DNA of 64,000 nt from Schizochytrium sp. TIO01. Its lineage: Eukaryota > Protista > Bigyra: Labyrinthulomycetes. A program made the position numbers and the translations under genes. Positions 40,842 to 50,919 of the stretch are shown here, piece after piece. How positions within the stretch are numbered: position 1 is the first letter of the stretch; each line of letters opens with the position of its first letter. The notes beneath the pieces were generated by a model. It did no database searches. It was given only the letters and a program-made list of their open reading frames with translations, and was not told where the DNA came from. The stretch spans positions 1,116,001 to 1,180,000 of the forward strand of contig SMSO01000005.1 in NCBI GenBank assembly GCA_004764695.1, written 5' to 3'.

Positions 40842-43800
40842 CTAACGTTTGCGCACCTGCAAAGCAAATAACTCGGTGGAAACGCAAGTGAAATCTGGCT
40901 CTGACGCAAGGCAGGGGGAATCAAAAGTTTCGCAAGGGCCACTCGTTCCGCCGAGGAAATCTTCGTCCAAGAAGAGTCCGAATTCGCCTCCACCACCCAG
41001 AGCAAGCGAGTCCTCATTAGCAAGCATGTAGTACGTGTTTTGTTGAGAGGCGCGAAATACCTGGAAATTAGGCTCCAGAGTGAACAAAAAGCACTCAGAA
41101 GAGCCATAGTATGAGGCATTGCCTAATGCCCATGCCTGAGAACAAAATCCACCGAATACTGCGCCGCCTTTGTCTCGTACAACAAGCAAGGTTGCCTCGT
41201 AAGGTGCTGCTTGCTCATAAAACTCACTGATATCACGATCAGTCCCGTGTGACGAAAAGATAAGCTTCCAGTCATATCCCTGATAAGAAGTGGGCAGAGC
41301 AGCCTCAATCTTAGATACATGAGCGTTGCTCAAAGTCTCCGTATCACCAATAACTATGGGCAGCAACTGGTCGAGATCAATTCCTTCGTAAAAGCTTTGC
41401 GCCATTTTTTCTGAAGAAGATGCTGCTTTAGAGTGGTTGTCCAGATGCTTTGTAGGAGAAATCGAAGTGTTCTCATCTTGAGCATCAGATATCTGCTGCT
41501 CTTGAGTTTTAGGCGTAGACTTGCAGTCCTCTTGTTTTAAGGAAGAAGTATTAATACTACTCACACCAGGCGTGGATGCACCATTAGCAACTTTGGGAGC
41601 GTTAGGCGCATCTACTCCTGCTTTTTCACTTGCCTCGTCAGATTGCGATTTCGCCCAAATCATTCGCTCTGCCCGGAGCTGAATCCAGCTATGCCAAAGC
41701 TTGTTAATAGTCTCTGGTCCCAAACTCATCAGGTCAGAAATATGGATCTTCGTCTCTAGTGCCACACGAGAAAAGTCGCCCAACGCAGCCCCAGACGTGG
41801 TGAAGTTAATATCCAAGAGAAGAAATGTCATGCAGAAAATGCGCGGCACAGCATCGCTTTCGTTTAATAAGGGCCACCAAGCTGTTTCAGGTAGTACTGA
41901 ATGGTCTGGAGCTGAAATTTGAAGGATGTCGTTACACATTCGGGCAACCTGAGCACCTGCACGAAGAAACGGAAAATTTGCAGATTCAATCATCAAACGA
42001 GCCTTAGAGCGATGCTTTTGACCAAAGTAGATCAACATATCCAATGCAAACTTCCCACCTCCGCGAAACTCATCCGAAATTTGCTTCCCTTGTGCGCCCC
42101 GAGATTGCCAGTCTCTTTCAGAACTTTGCTCAAAAGAGGATGAAGATGTATCTTTATCGGTCTGAACGCCTCCCTCATACTCCACCGAGTCTTCGTCAGC
42201 ACCCGAAGGGGCAAGGACCTCCCAGAGCGTATCAAGCTGGCTCTGATGTATGTCTGCACGAACCGGGGTCGCGATGTCGTCACGGTAACGTCGGAGACGA
42301 CCCCATTTATCTGCAAGTCGAGAGCGCATATCCCGTAAATCTTGCCGAGTTTTGCCAAGGCATTCAACATGGCTTTCGAGAACCTCCATCAAGATTTGTC
42401 GCTCAGTCTCGAGCTGGCGAGCTTGCCCTTCCTCAGGTCGCAAAACGAGAGGAGCCAACGTCGCAGACATTACAGCGCAAGACTCAGAAGACGTACCGAA
42501 GAGGTGATCAAGAGTCCTTGTCAGCAAATCGAGCGTCGCACGATGGCCAAGGGGAAAGGTTTCTATGAGAAGTGCAATATTGCGTCGTCTTGCCTCTGCA
42601 TCATCGATTTGTGCACAAAGTAACAATGGTTCATAAGAACTCTGTGGTACCAGCGATGTAGGCAAACCGCTCAAAAATGCAACAACTACTCCTCCAACTA
42701 CGCTTGGCAAAAGAGCTTCACTCAAACCTGCACGTGTAGTTGCTGCAATACTAGACATTGCAGTGCTTAGGTCAACATCTACATCAACGCGACTAAAGAT
42801 GGTTAACCCATCGTTGCCGAGCCTCGTGAGCTTTCGCTTTGCGTCAACCACATGTGGCCGTTGCTTTTCACTGCCTGCAAACAAATCAGCCGGGGAATAC
42901 TCACGCGATTTATACTCCCAGAAGAGAGCGACCGCACGAAGCAGTACATTTGGGACAGCAATACTTGGCTCCTGATAAGCGAGTGCTGACACCGTGATAG
43001 TCTGAACCTGCATTTCAAGAGGGCTGCCCAGAAACGCAATCGTTCGAGCGAGATTTCGCCGTTCGGCATCAAGCTTTTTACGTTTGTTAAGAGCCCGCTT
43101 ACGGAGAGACTTGGCCGGCATATCCAACTGAACCTTTCGTTGGTTTTGTGCGCTACCCTGAATTCCCTTCGTTTTGTTTGCTGCAGCCAGCTGCGACATG
43201 GCAACCCCGCGAAGAGGAGGTGGCAAGGCGTCCCAGGTTTCAACATCAATATGAACCCTTATTTCCAGTCCGTTTAGCCCTGACAGCATCGATGCCAGCA
43301 CTAGACTTGTTTCCTCATTTCTCATCAGCGCGTACGACTCATAGTACACCTGCATCACCACCATCTGCGATGCCAATTTCCCCACAGCTGCATCCAACAC
43401 CTTCTCGTTCAGTGCGTGCCGCAACCAGGCGCGACCTTTTCCAATGTTAGTCCTAACAAAAAGCAGCTCGTTTATATCCGTAACAGTCTTTTGCACATCA
43501 GCATCAATATCGCCACCTTGAAGGTATTGAACTAAATTCCACAAGCTCACGTCAGGTTCGCGTGTGAGTACGAAGCGTGATCCATCCGGAGACTTGCGAC
43601 GGACCTTGGCCTCAGTTCTGAGACCATGCCAGAGGCAGCGTTCAAGCCACAGAAGCAGCTCACGGACAACCTGGTCGCGCTCGTCGAGCTCAACATTGGC
43701 TAGCTCCTTTGACCGTGTCGAAGCCTCCTCGATAGTGGCCCTTACTGCTGCCTTGAGTTCTCGCAACAGACCGAGACGCTCCTGCTCCTGCTGAGAGGCA

Positions 43801-43925
43801 GTCTGTACGAGTGAGGCACTAGAAGAGCCGAAAGAAGTGGCGGCGATAGTACGAGAAAGATTACTGAAGGCCTCAGAAGCGGAAGCTGAAGCTGACTCAG
43901 CTGCGCTAGACCACCACGACTTCAT
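40842..43925 (-). CDS. Multidomain protein: RUN + RhoGAP-like + ELMO/CED-12 + TLDc (about 1027 aa from the first ATG)
   Basis: 1041-codon ORF; first ATG (MKSWW) at 43925, while the ORF track starts at a TTG. RUN motifs: LERCLWHGL, GKGRAWLRHALNEKVL, YYESYALM..LSGL. RhoGAP-like: FLGSPLE..VPNVL..FLSGLPTSLVP..HRATLDLL..LAPLVLRP. ELMO: LDTLWEVL..WQSRGAQG..FRGGG..LIYF..FPF. TLDc: WKLIFSSHG..VFGGF..YYGSSECFLF..LALGGGGEFGLFLD..CETFDSPCL. Confidence 0.9.
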   Translation of the reverse strand: MKSWWSSAAESASASASEAFSNLSRTIAATSFGSSSASLVQTASQQEQERLGLLRELKAAVRATIEEASTRSKELANVELDERDQVVRELLLWLERCLWHGLRTEAKVRRKSPDGSRFVLTREPDVSLWNLVQYLQGGDIDADVQKTVTDINELLFVRTNIGKGRAWLRHALNEKVLDAAVGKLASQMVVMQVYYESYALMRNEETSLVLASMLSGLNGLEIRVHIDVETWDALPPPLRGVAMSQLAAANKTKGIQGSAQNQRKVQLDMPAKSLRKRALNKRKKLDAERRNLARTIAFLGSPLEMQVQTITVSALAYQEPSIAVPNVLLRAVALFWEYKSREYSPADLFAGSEKQRPHVVDAKRKLTRLGNDGLTIFSRVDVDVDLSTAMSSIAATTRAGLSEALLPSVVGGVVVAFLSGLPTSLVPQSSYEPLLLCAQIDDAEARRRNIALLIETFPLGHRATLDLLTRTLDHLFGTSSESCAVMSATLAPLVLRPEEGQARQLETERQILMEVLESHVECLGKTRQDLRDMRSRLADKWGRLRRYRDDIATPVRADIHQSQLDTLWEVLAPSGADEDSVEYEGGVQTDKDTSSSSFEQSSERDWQSRGAQGKQISDEFRGGGKFALDMLIYFGQKHRSKARLMIESANFPFLRAGAQVARMCNDILQISAPDHSVLPETAWWPLLNESDAVPRIFCMTFLLLDINFTTSGAALGDFSRVALETKIHISDLMSLGPETINKLWHSWIQLRAERMIWAKSQSDEASEKAGVDAPNAPKVANGASTPGVSSINTSSLKQEDCKSTPKTQEQQISDAQDENTSISPTKHLDNHSKAASSSEKMAQSFYEGIDLDQLLPIVIGDTETLSNAHVSKIEAALPTSYQGYDWKLIFSSHGTDRDISEFYEQAAPYEATLLVVRDKGGAVFGGFCSQAWALGNASYYGSSECFLFTLEPNFQVFRASQQNTYYMLANEDSLALGGGGEFGLFLDEDFLGGTSGPCETFDSPCLASEPDFTCVSTELFALQVRKR

Positions 43926-44399
43926 CGCGGCGAAACCAAAATCCAAGGAAGGCACCGGAGCCACCAACAGAGAAGTAAATAGGCCAAATGATTCAAGAAA
44001 CTACACAAAGAGTAAAGTTGAAGACAACGCCCTCTATAGGTCTTGTCTCGAAGGTGTTGAAGAGAGAGACAGCTTGCCTGCTACTGCTGCTGTTGACAAG
44101 GATGACGATGGGAAATTGAGGAGGCCAACGCAGTTAAGATCAGCAGCAACGTAGATACAGTGAAGAACCTAGAATAAGCGAGGCAAGGATGGGGAGAGCC
44201 CCGGTCTCGAGAAAAGGCGAGCCCCCAATATGCGGGGCCGCAGAAGCGATGGGAATCTGTTTGCCTCGAGATAATTGATCTCCTGCTCTCACTAAAGTAA
44301 TACGATAAGGATCGCACTACTAGGAGTAATTAATCACCACTAGCAACCTAAGTATGAAAAAGATCTGCGGGGTAGTTTAATATGTAGCAACACAAGGGT

Positions 44400-45368
44400 T
44401 ATGAGTTGTGCAGACCGCGGAGAAGAAGAATAGATGACCGTTGATGAAGAATATATCCTGGAGTTCTGACGAAGAGTTCCATGTAGATGAATTTGAAGAC
44501 ACTTAATAGTAATATTAATATAAGATATAAGAGAGTGTGCTTGTGATGAATTCTGAACATATTGTTGACTTGGGCTTGGAATGGAAAACAAACAAATGAA
44601 ATCGCATTGACGGCAACGAGTAGAGCTCAACTCAGTCTATGCGGTCGGGAGACTAGCAAGGTTGTTGTGACGTCAAATGAGTCTCTTGTTACATGAGCTA
44701 GAGGAGGCAAGGGATACCAAACATCATCCTGAGCCGGAAGAGGAGTTTGGAGATGAGTCTGATGAGTCTGATGAATCTGATGATGAGGGCTACAACTCCG
44801 ATGACCCAGAGCGATGGGGACCTTATTATTGGAGGTAAGTATCCGAAGGACCGAGCAGTCGAGTGATATGAGGCATTTCTTGTGAAAAAGCCTGCAAAGT
44901 CTGACTTGATAGAAATGAAACCTTTGAGAATATAATACAGCAACGCCAATAATGCCGCAACTTTAAGTGTGTCACCAAAGACGAAGGCATGGGACTATAT
45001 GAAATTTGCCTCCTTTAAAACATACCGGAGTAAGTTGATCCTGGGGATCTCTATGTAGCCCTTGTCCGTACCTTAAATACCGAGGAATGCAGCCGAAAAG
45101 AATAGATCGATCTTGTGCAATTGGTTTTTATTCTTTATGACTTATACTAACAAACCTTCGAACACATGTAGACCTTAATTTTGCTGGAGAAGTCCTGGTA
45201 CACTTTTTTGGATTGGACTCATCACCATACCAATGGATGATGGACGCTGAGGAAAAGGATCTCAAAATGAGGCGTGAAGAAATTCGTACTGCTGAACTTC
45301 GAGAATCACTAGACAAGCGAAATGTTGTCCCAAGCAACCAAGATGAGGAATTTATTCACAAACCTTAA
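44400..45368 (+). pseudogene. Possible decayed or spliced gene for an acidic protein
   Basis: Short ORF 44677-44838 (MSLLLHELEE..GDESDESDESDDEGYNSDDPERWGPYYWR) ends over a GTAAGT. A protein-like frame continues with stops (ETFENIIQQRQ*CRNFKCVTKDEGMGLYEICLL*). TACTAAC..TAG near 45145-45171 precedes a fragment DLNFAGEVLVHFFGLDSSPYQWMMDAEEK..KP*. Confidence 0.4.
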
Positions 45369-46605
45369 GAAGAAAATGATGAAACTTAATCTGTGTCTCC
45401 GGTTGGGTTTCCTTTCCCTAGAAGTAATTGTAAGCATATAAGAAAATTGAATTCATGGTTTTGGGTACCGCAACGGACGATACTGAGGCAACACCCACAT
45501 ACCGGTCAGGTCACTGCTAAACTCATAAATGATATTTGGTCTTTGATGACAGTGAACTGAAATTCAGTCAAGACCTTCACTACAAGCATGAAATAATTTC
45601 GGTGCCAATCTGACTCAACTATAGGCGTGAATCCAACTCCACTTCATTACAGAGCCCTGAATGCATACCTCAGACTCCAAATGTACGCGGACAGTGTTTT
45701 CAAGACACAATTTGTCATCAAAGAGGCCACATCAATGACAAACAGCTAATTCTCCACATGTATTGAGAAATCTCTCAGCATCTGTCCACCATTGGGTCAG
45801 TAGAGTCTCGTGATACATGTTTGTTAGCGAATAAATTAACTCGAAGTCCCGCAAAAATAAATACGCCGCTTCTGCGTTTGATATAGTCAGTTTATTAACA
45901 AACTAGCGATTGAGCAAATTCCGCAGTCTGTCTACGAGGCTCTCTCCATTGTTTGGATTGTTTTGCTGGCAAGAGATCGAGTTCACTCCTCCTCGATGGG
46001 ATACAAGCCCTATATCAACTTTAACGGACGCCTGTGACGGGTTACAGGTTTAATTCTCTGGTAGAGTTAATTAAGACTTAAGCATACTCCATCAAAAAGT
46101 AAACAACAATGCTTATTTCGTCTAGAACTCAGCTCACAATCTCGCTTCGTTCGTTTTCAATATCAATGCCATCTGTATATAATGCCTCGTCACAAATCTC
46201 TAACACTTGATTCTGTCTCTTGTACTCACAATGATTTGCGGGATCCCAGAAATATTTCCGACGCAACGAGTAGGCAGTTCCATCTTCGCGCGAGACACAT
46301 GTTTTAGACGGGTCAGAGCAAGTTACTTGAGTGATGTCTGTTGTAATATGGGAGAGAAAATATTCTTTGAATTGTAGGTTGCTGGCAAACTGAGTGCAAC
46401 TTTCAATAAGAAGACGGGATTCACAATGTAGATGTTTAGTTTTTAAACAAGTATAGGATAAGTTGGTGTGTTATTTCTTTAGAAGGAATACTGTGATCAT
46501 TCACCCAGCTTAGGAGAGTGGGATAGTACGAGAGCGCCAAGATTGATCTTGAAGAGCTCATGAACGATGAGAGAATTAGTAGGAGCACATGTCCATCAAG
46601 TTTTA

Positions 46606-47478
46606 TCACTGTATAGCTGTCTCGACATCTACTTGGTGAGTGAGCGTAAACCAACCCCCAATAGTGTCCCGGGTACACCATGCGCCAAGTAAGACCTTGC
46701 GACCTGACTCAGTCCCTTGATCTAAGACGCGCAAGTGCTCCTCCCATGGCTGATGACTAAATCTTGTTGTGGCTTGAACTTTTCCACGATATTCCATATC
46801 CACGATACTGGCGTTTCCCCAAAGGGGCAAAGGGAAAAGGACCTTTGTCATCCAGTCGAATACCAAAGGATCGCCTGCTTGGCGAGAGCAAAACCTCTTC
46901 CCCCAACCGAGTCCAATGAGATGGAGCGGTCTTGCAAGTGCAACATCAACCAAGTCTAGCACTGAAGTACCTGTTCGGATGATTTTTCCACTCCATGTTT
47001 TGCCAATAACTTCATCTGAATGAGCAGCCTCCAAGGAGTCAAAGAGCTGCATCAATGTTTCCTGGCTTACCGTAGAGATCTTTTCGGACAAGATGGATGT
47101 TTTAGCTTTACTGGCGTCTTCGCAGGGTGTAAGAGCAATCTGCGTTGGCCAAACCGTCTTGGATTGTTTCATGTAGATCTGGCAAAGGAGTGGTGCCAGG
47201 TTGATTAGAACATTAATTGGCCACGCTATCCGTGCGGTAAGATCTTTCAAGAATGCAGGTAAGTAGAGGACCACTTTGCTGTTGTCTGTGAGACGAATTG
47301 TGTCATTTCCCCGCAATTTACCGTATCCGAAGAGCAATGCAAGAAAGATGACCCAGCGCTTTGGAAGGAAAAGGCTTTTCAAAAGCTGTAAAAACCACCA
47401 TGGACTAGAAACATATTTGATCGCAGTTGCCGTACTTTGCAAGAATGTTGTTTGCTGCACGTCTTTCCTCTGGGCCAT
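46606..47478 (-). CDS. GXWXG / DUF4334-like protein with N-terminal hydrophobic segments
   Basis: 290-aa ATG-initiated ORF. LFDSL..GKTWSG..GWGKRF..EYRGKVQAT..QPWEEHLRVLD..VLLG resembles GXWXG plus DUF4334 proteins. Hydrophobic N-terminal stretches (WWFLQLL, WVIFLALLFGY). Confidence 0.75.
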   Translation of the reverse strand: MAQRKDVQQTTFLQSTATAIKYVSSPWWFLQLLKSLFLPKRWVIFLALLFGYGKLRGNDTIRLTDNSKVVLYLPAFLKDLTARIAWPINVLINLAPLLCQIYMKQSKTVWPTQIALTPCEDASKAKTSILSEKISTVSQETLMQLFDSLEAAHSDEVIGKTWSGKIIRTGTSVLDLVDVALARPLHLIGLGWGKRFCSRQAGDPLVFDWMTKVLFPLPLWGNASIVDMEYRGKVQATTRFSHQPWEEHLRVLDQGTESGRKVLLGAWCTRDTIGGWFTLTHQVDVETAIQ

Positions 47479-47898
47479 CTTGGCAAGCTAAACAATCTGC
47501 CCAAAGATCCTTCCCGTTATTGTAACCCAATCAAGCCAACTTTCTCCTGTAGAGCTTAGAGACACAGCTAATTTGAATTTGCTTCAAATGGTTTCCGCCC
47601 TTTGATTCACGCAACGTTGAATAGCGAGTTAGAGCAAATTTCTGTAGATTAGCTAGGTTTGACCGCCTCCTGGCGGTGGGTAGCCGAACAACTAATAGTA
47701 CATGTATTAAACCCCCCTCTCCCCTTTCTTCAATTATATGCGCCAGAGTGAGCTAAGATAGGTATTTGTTCCCAACTCACTAGAAGAGGATGGTCCTTAC
47801 CTCATGTTTGCTGACCTTTGGCATTGTAATATACTTCATATGGAATTGAGAGCTTCTCAAAGTTTTTCATTTTATATTAATTTTTAATTAAACATATA

Positions 47899-47958
47899 AA
47901 TATATATATATATATATTATATATATATATATGTAGAGAGAGAGAGAGAGAGAGAGAG
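47899..47958. repeat. Compound (TA)n-(GA)n microsatellite
   Basis: Read directly. Confidence 0.93.
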
Positions 47959-49554
47959 AACGAGAGATGAGATTTAATTTGGATAAAAACTCAAGTCAAA
48001 AACAATCACTCAACTGCAACATGGGCAATTGTTGTATACAATTCGCGAAAGAAAGAAAATACAAATACAAATTGTTCAATTTCCTCTTTGAAGCAAAATG
48101 TTATTCTCTTGAGGCACATGATCAGCAGTTATATAGAAATAAAACCTCATAGATTTACCATTCACAGCATCCTTAAGTATTAATTAACAAAGGTCTTATA
48201 GCCAACGAAGAAATACACAAGCATAGGCGCCACAAAAGAGTACCTGCTCTTTTGGTTGTAGACTTTTAAAATCAAAACTGTTCTATTTTAAACATTTTTT
48301 TTATTGTGTTGAACATCTGACATGAATCCGGGAACCAATTTTGTACTTAATAATCTCGTTTGCTCTTTCATAGTTTTATTGCGAAGGTAAGATAAGATGA
48401 TCTTCATTTTATTTCAGAAACCCTTGGACTCTTTTTTGGTGAGCTTTGCTTATAAGAGCTTCAACAACTACACTATCAGATTGAACAGATTATTGTAACG
48501 AGACGTCTAAGAAAGAATTCAACAGTTTTGATCTTGAATGAGTCAGCCGAAGTGCGCGGTCTAATATAGGGTATTCATGAAAAGAGAGCAATATAAGCGA
48601 AACTAACCATCTCAAGGACATGACTTGAGTTCGTTTGCTAGAAAACTTAATAATAAGGACTACACCTCCACTCTATGCTTAGCAGATCTTTACTCCATTT
48701 CAGGAAAATTCGCCAATAATATGGTATCAAATGGTATTATTATTTTTATCGATGAGAAATAAAGCAAAAAGATCTGACATTTTTATTTTATTTTTGATAC
48801 TTTCTGGGTGTATGTATGGTTGAGATTATATGGTTTGTTTTCTGACAAATCTTACGAATCATAGGATCCGTTTCCTAGCAGATTGAAGAAGAATAGCGAA
48901 AGGAGGAAGAGTCGGTTGGCACAGTAAATTCATAGAGTACTCCTTATAAAGGAAAAGAGCACAAATATACCACGCTTAGAATAATATCCCAATTCCCTCC
49001 TTCGGTTATAGTTTTGAATGGTGGGCAACACCTCTTGCTTGGTCTCTTCCAAGGTATAGAGAATTAAGATTAACCATGAGACAAAAACCTAGAACTTTAT
49101 ACTGTCAAAATTAAGGAAGGACGATGAATGAACGAGCGAGTGAAAATGACGAAGAACTAAAAGAAGTTCACCATGAATACGCAAATATGCTATAGGCGAG
49201 TTGAACACCGGGGGGAACCGAAAGGCAATATAACTTCGCCCATCAACTCGAGCAGCGCAAGTGTCAGCGGGATATTGTATGTACTCACTTATGAATCTCC
49301 ATGGCGAGCAGCATTTTGCAAACAGCGCCCCGCAATTTGCAACAAAAGAGGAGGCGACAAATTAAAAGAATAGACAACACAAACGGTGATGATTTGACGG
49401 CCTGAGGGTAAACGGAAGCTGTGGCACAGGTGATAGAAACAGCACTATGTCTGCGTTTACATGATCTCTGCTTTGACTAGCTCGTGGAATGCATCTACCT
49501 GCCCACGATTCTTTAGCTTACCCCTCCACCAAAAATGATGTAATCATTCATATC

Positions 49555-50919
49555 TTAGTTCTCTTCCTCCTCCTCAGTCTTAGCCTTCTTGGGCTCGTCG
49601 GCGTCCTCCGTCTCAGGCTTGGCATCCTCGGCCGCGCGCTTCTTGTCGCCGCCAAGGTTAAGACGGGCCTCCGCAGCCCTTGCATGTCCCTCGAGACCCT
49701 CAATACGAGCAAGGTGCACAGCATCCTTGAAGAGCTCAGTCTGCTCCGCAGACTCCTCGTCGTCCATGCGAAGGAAGGTACGGATACGAAGGAAGGTGAA
49801 GACGGAAAGTCCTCCGGTGTATCTGGCGGAGCCGCTGGTGGGCAGAACGTGGTTGGGGCCAGCACCGTAGTCTCCGATGACCTCAGCAGACTTTTGGCCA
49901 ACGAAGAGGCCTCCGTAGCTGTCAATCTTAGCGGCATCTCCCTTAGAGTCCACAGTCATGACCTCGAGGTGCTCCGGTCCAATGGTAGTGGCAACAGCGA
50001 TGGCCTCCTCCTTGTTCTCTGCGAGCACGTAGAAGCCCTTGCTGACAGCAACTGAGGCGACCTCAGCGGTAGGCAGAGTCTCAAGCTGCTTCTTGAGCTC
50101 TTCGTTCACCTTGGCGGGCATCTCCTTGTCCCAGGTGACGAGAATAGGGAGAGCATCGGTATCGTGCTCTGCCTGAGCGAGGAGGTCAGCAGCGATGACA
50201 CCGGCGTCAGCGGTCTCGTCAGCGACAACGAGGCACTCACTGGGTCCAGCAAGCATATCAATGGCCACGAGGCCAGAAACCAGCTTCTTGGCGGCAGTCA
50301 CCCAGCGGTTGCCGGGGCCAACGATCACATCACAGCGAGGCACGAGGTCACCAAGTCCGTAAGCGAAGGCTCCAATAGCGTGCGCTCCTCCGCAGGCCAA
50401 GAAGCCGTCGGCACCAGCAAGAAAAGCGGCAGCAAGAGTGGCAGGCTGGGGGTTAGGAGAAGCAACCCAGACGGTCTCAACGCCAGCCACGCGAGCGGTG
50501 ACAGCCGTCATAATGACAGAGGACGGGAGCGGGTAGCGGCCGCCGGGAGCGTAGCAACCAGCCACCTTGACGGGGGCCAGAGAGTGGCCTGCGACACCAC
50601 CAGGCACGCGCACCTCAAGGTCCTTGATGGAGTCGCGCTGGGCCTGAGCAAAGGCACGGACACGGTCGGATGTGCGGCGAAGGACGCCCTGAGAGACCTC
50701 ATCGAGGGACTCGAAGGCGGCCTGGAGGGCGGCCTTGTCAAGCAGGAAGGTCTGCTCAGGCTTGAGGTCACCAAGACGCTCAGCGTGCTTGCGGAATCCG
50801 GCCTCGCCGTCGGTCTCCACGTCTTTCAGGATGGCAGAGGCGCCATCAAGAGTAGCCTGGTCGACGGGGTCAAGAGAGAGGCCCTTGACGTCCTTTGCAG
50901 CGACTTCACGGAGTGCCAT
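49555..50919 (-). CDS. hisD: Histidinol dehydrogenase (monofunctional), 454 aa
   Basis: Motifs GCYAPGGRYPLPSSVIM, GGAHAIGAFAYG, DVIVGPGNRWVTAAK, IDMLAGPSE, DLLAQAEHD, PEHLE, GDYGAGPNHVLPT..SV.TF. ATG at 50919 sits in a good context (gcacaATGg). Strong C/G bias at third codon positions. Confidence 0.97.
   Translation of the reverse strand: MALREVAAKDVKGLSLDPVDQATLDGASAILKDVETDGEAGFRKHAERLGDLKPEQTFLLDKAALQAAFESLDEVSQGVLRRTSDRVRAFAQAQRDSIKDLEVRVPGGVAGHSLAPVKVAGCYAPGGRYPLPSSVIMTAVTARVAGVETVWVASPNPQPATLAAAFLAGADGFLACGGAHAIGAFAYGLGDLVPRCDVIVGPGNRWVTAAKKLVSGLVAIDMLAGPSECLVVADETADAGVIAADLLAQAEHDTDALPILVTWDKEMPAKVNEELKKQLETLPTAEVASVAVSKGFYVLAENKEEAIAVATTIGPEHLEVMTVDSKGDAAKIDSYGGLFVGQKSAEVIGDYGAGPNHVLPTSGSARYTGGLSVFTFLRIRTFLRMDDEESAEQTELFKDAVHLARIEGLEGHARAAEARLNLGGDKKRAAEDAKPETEDADEPKKAKTEEEEEN

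Noticed and set aside
44900-45110. In-frame TAA/TAG in protein-like frames read as stop-codon reassignment
   Set aside because: The six intact genes are long open frames under the standard code and end in TAA/TAG; pseudogenisation is the simpler explanation.
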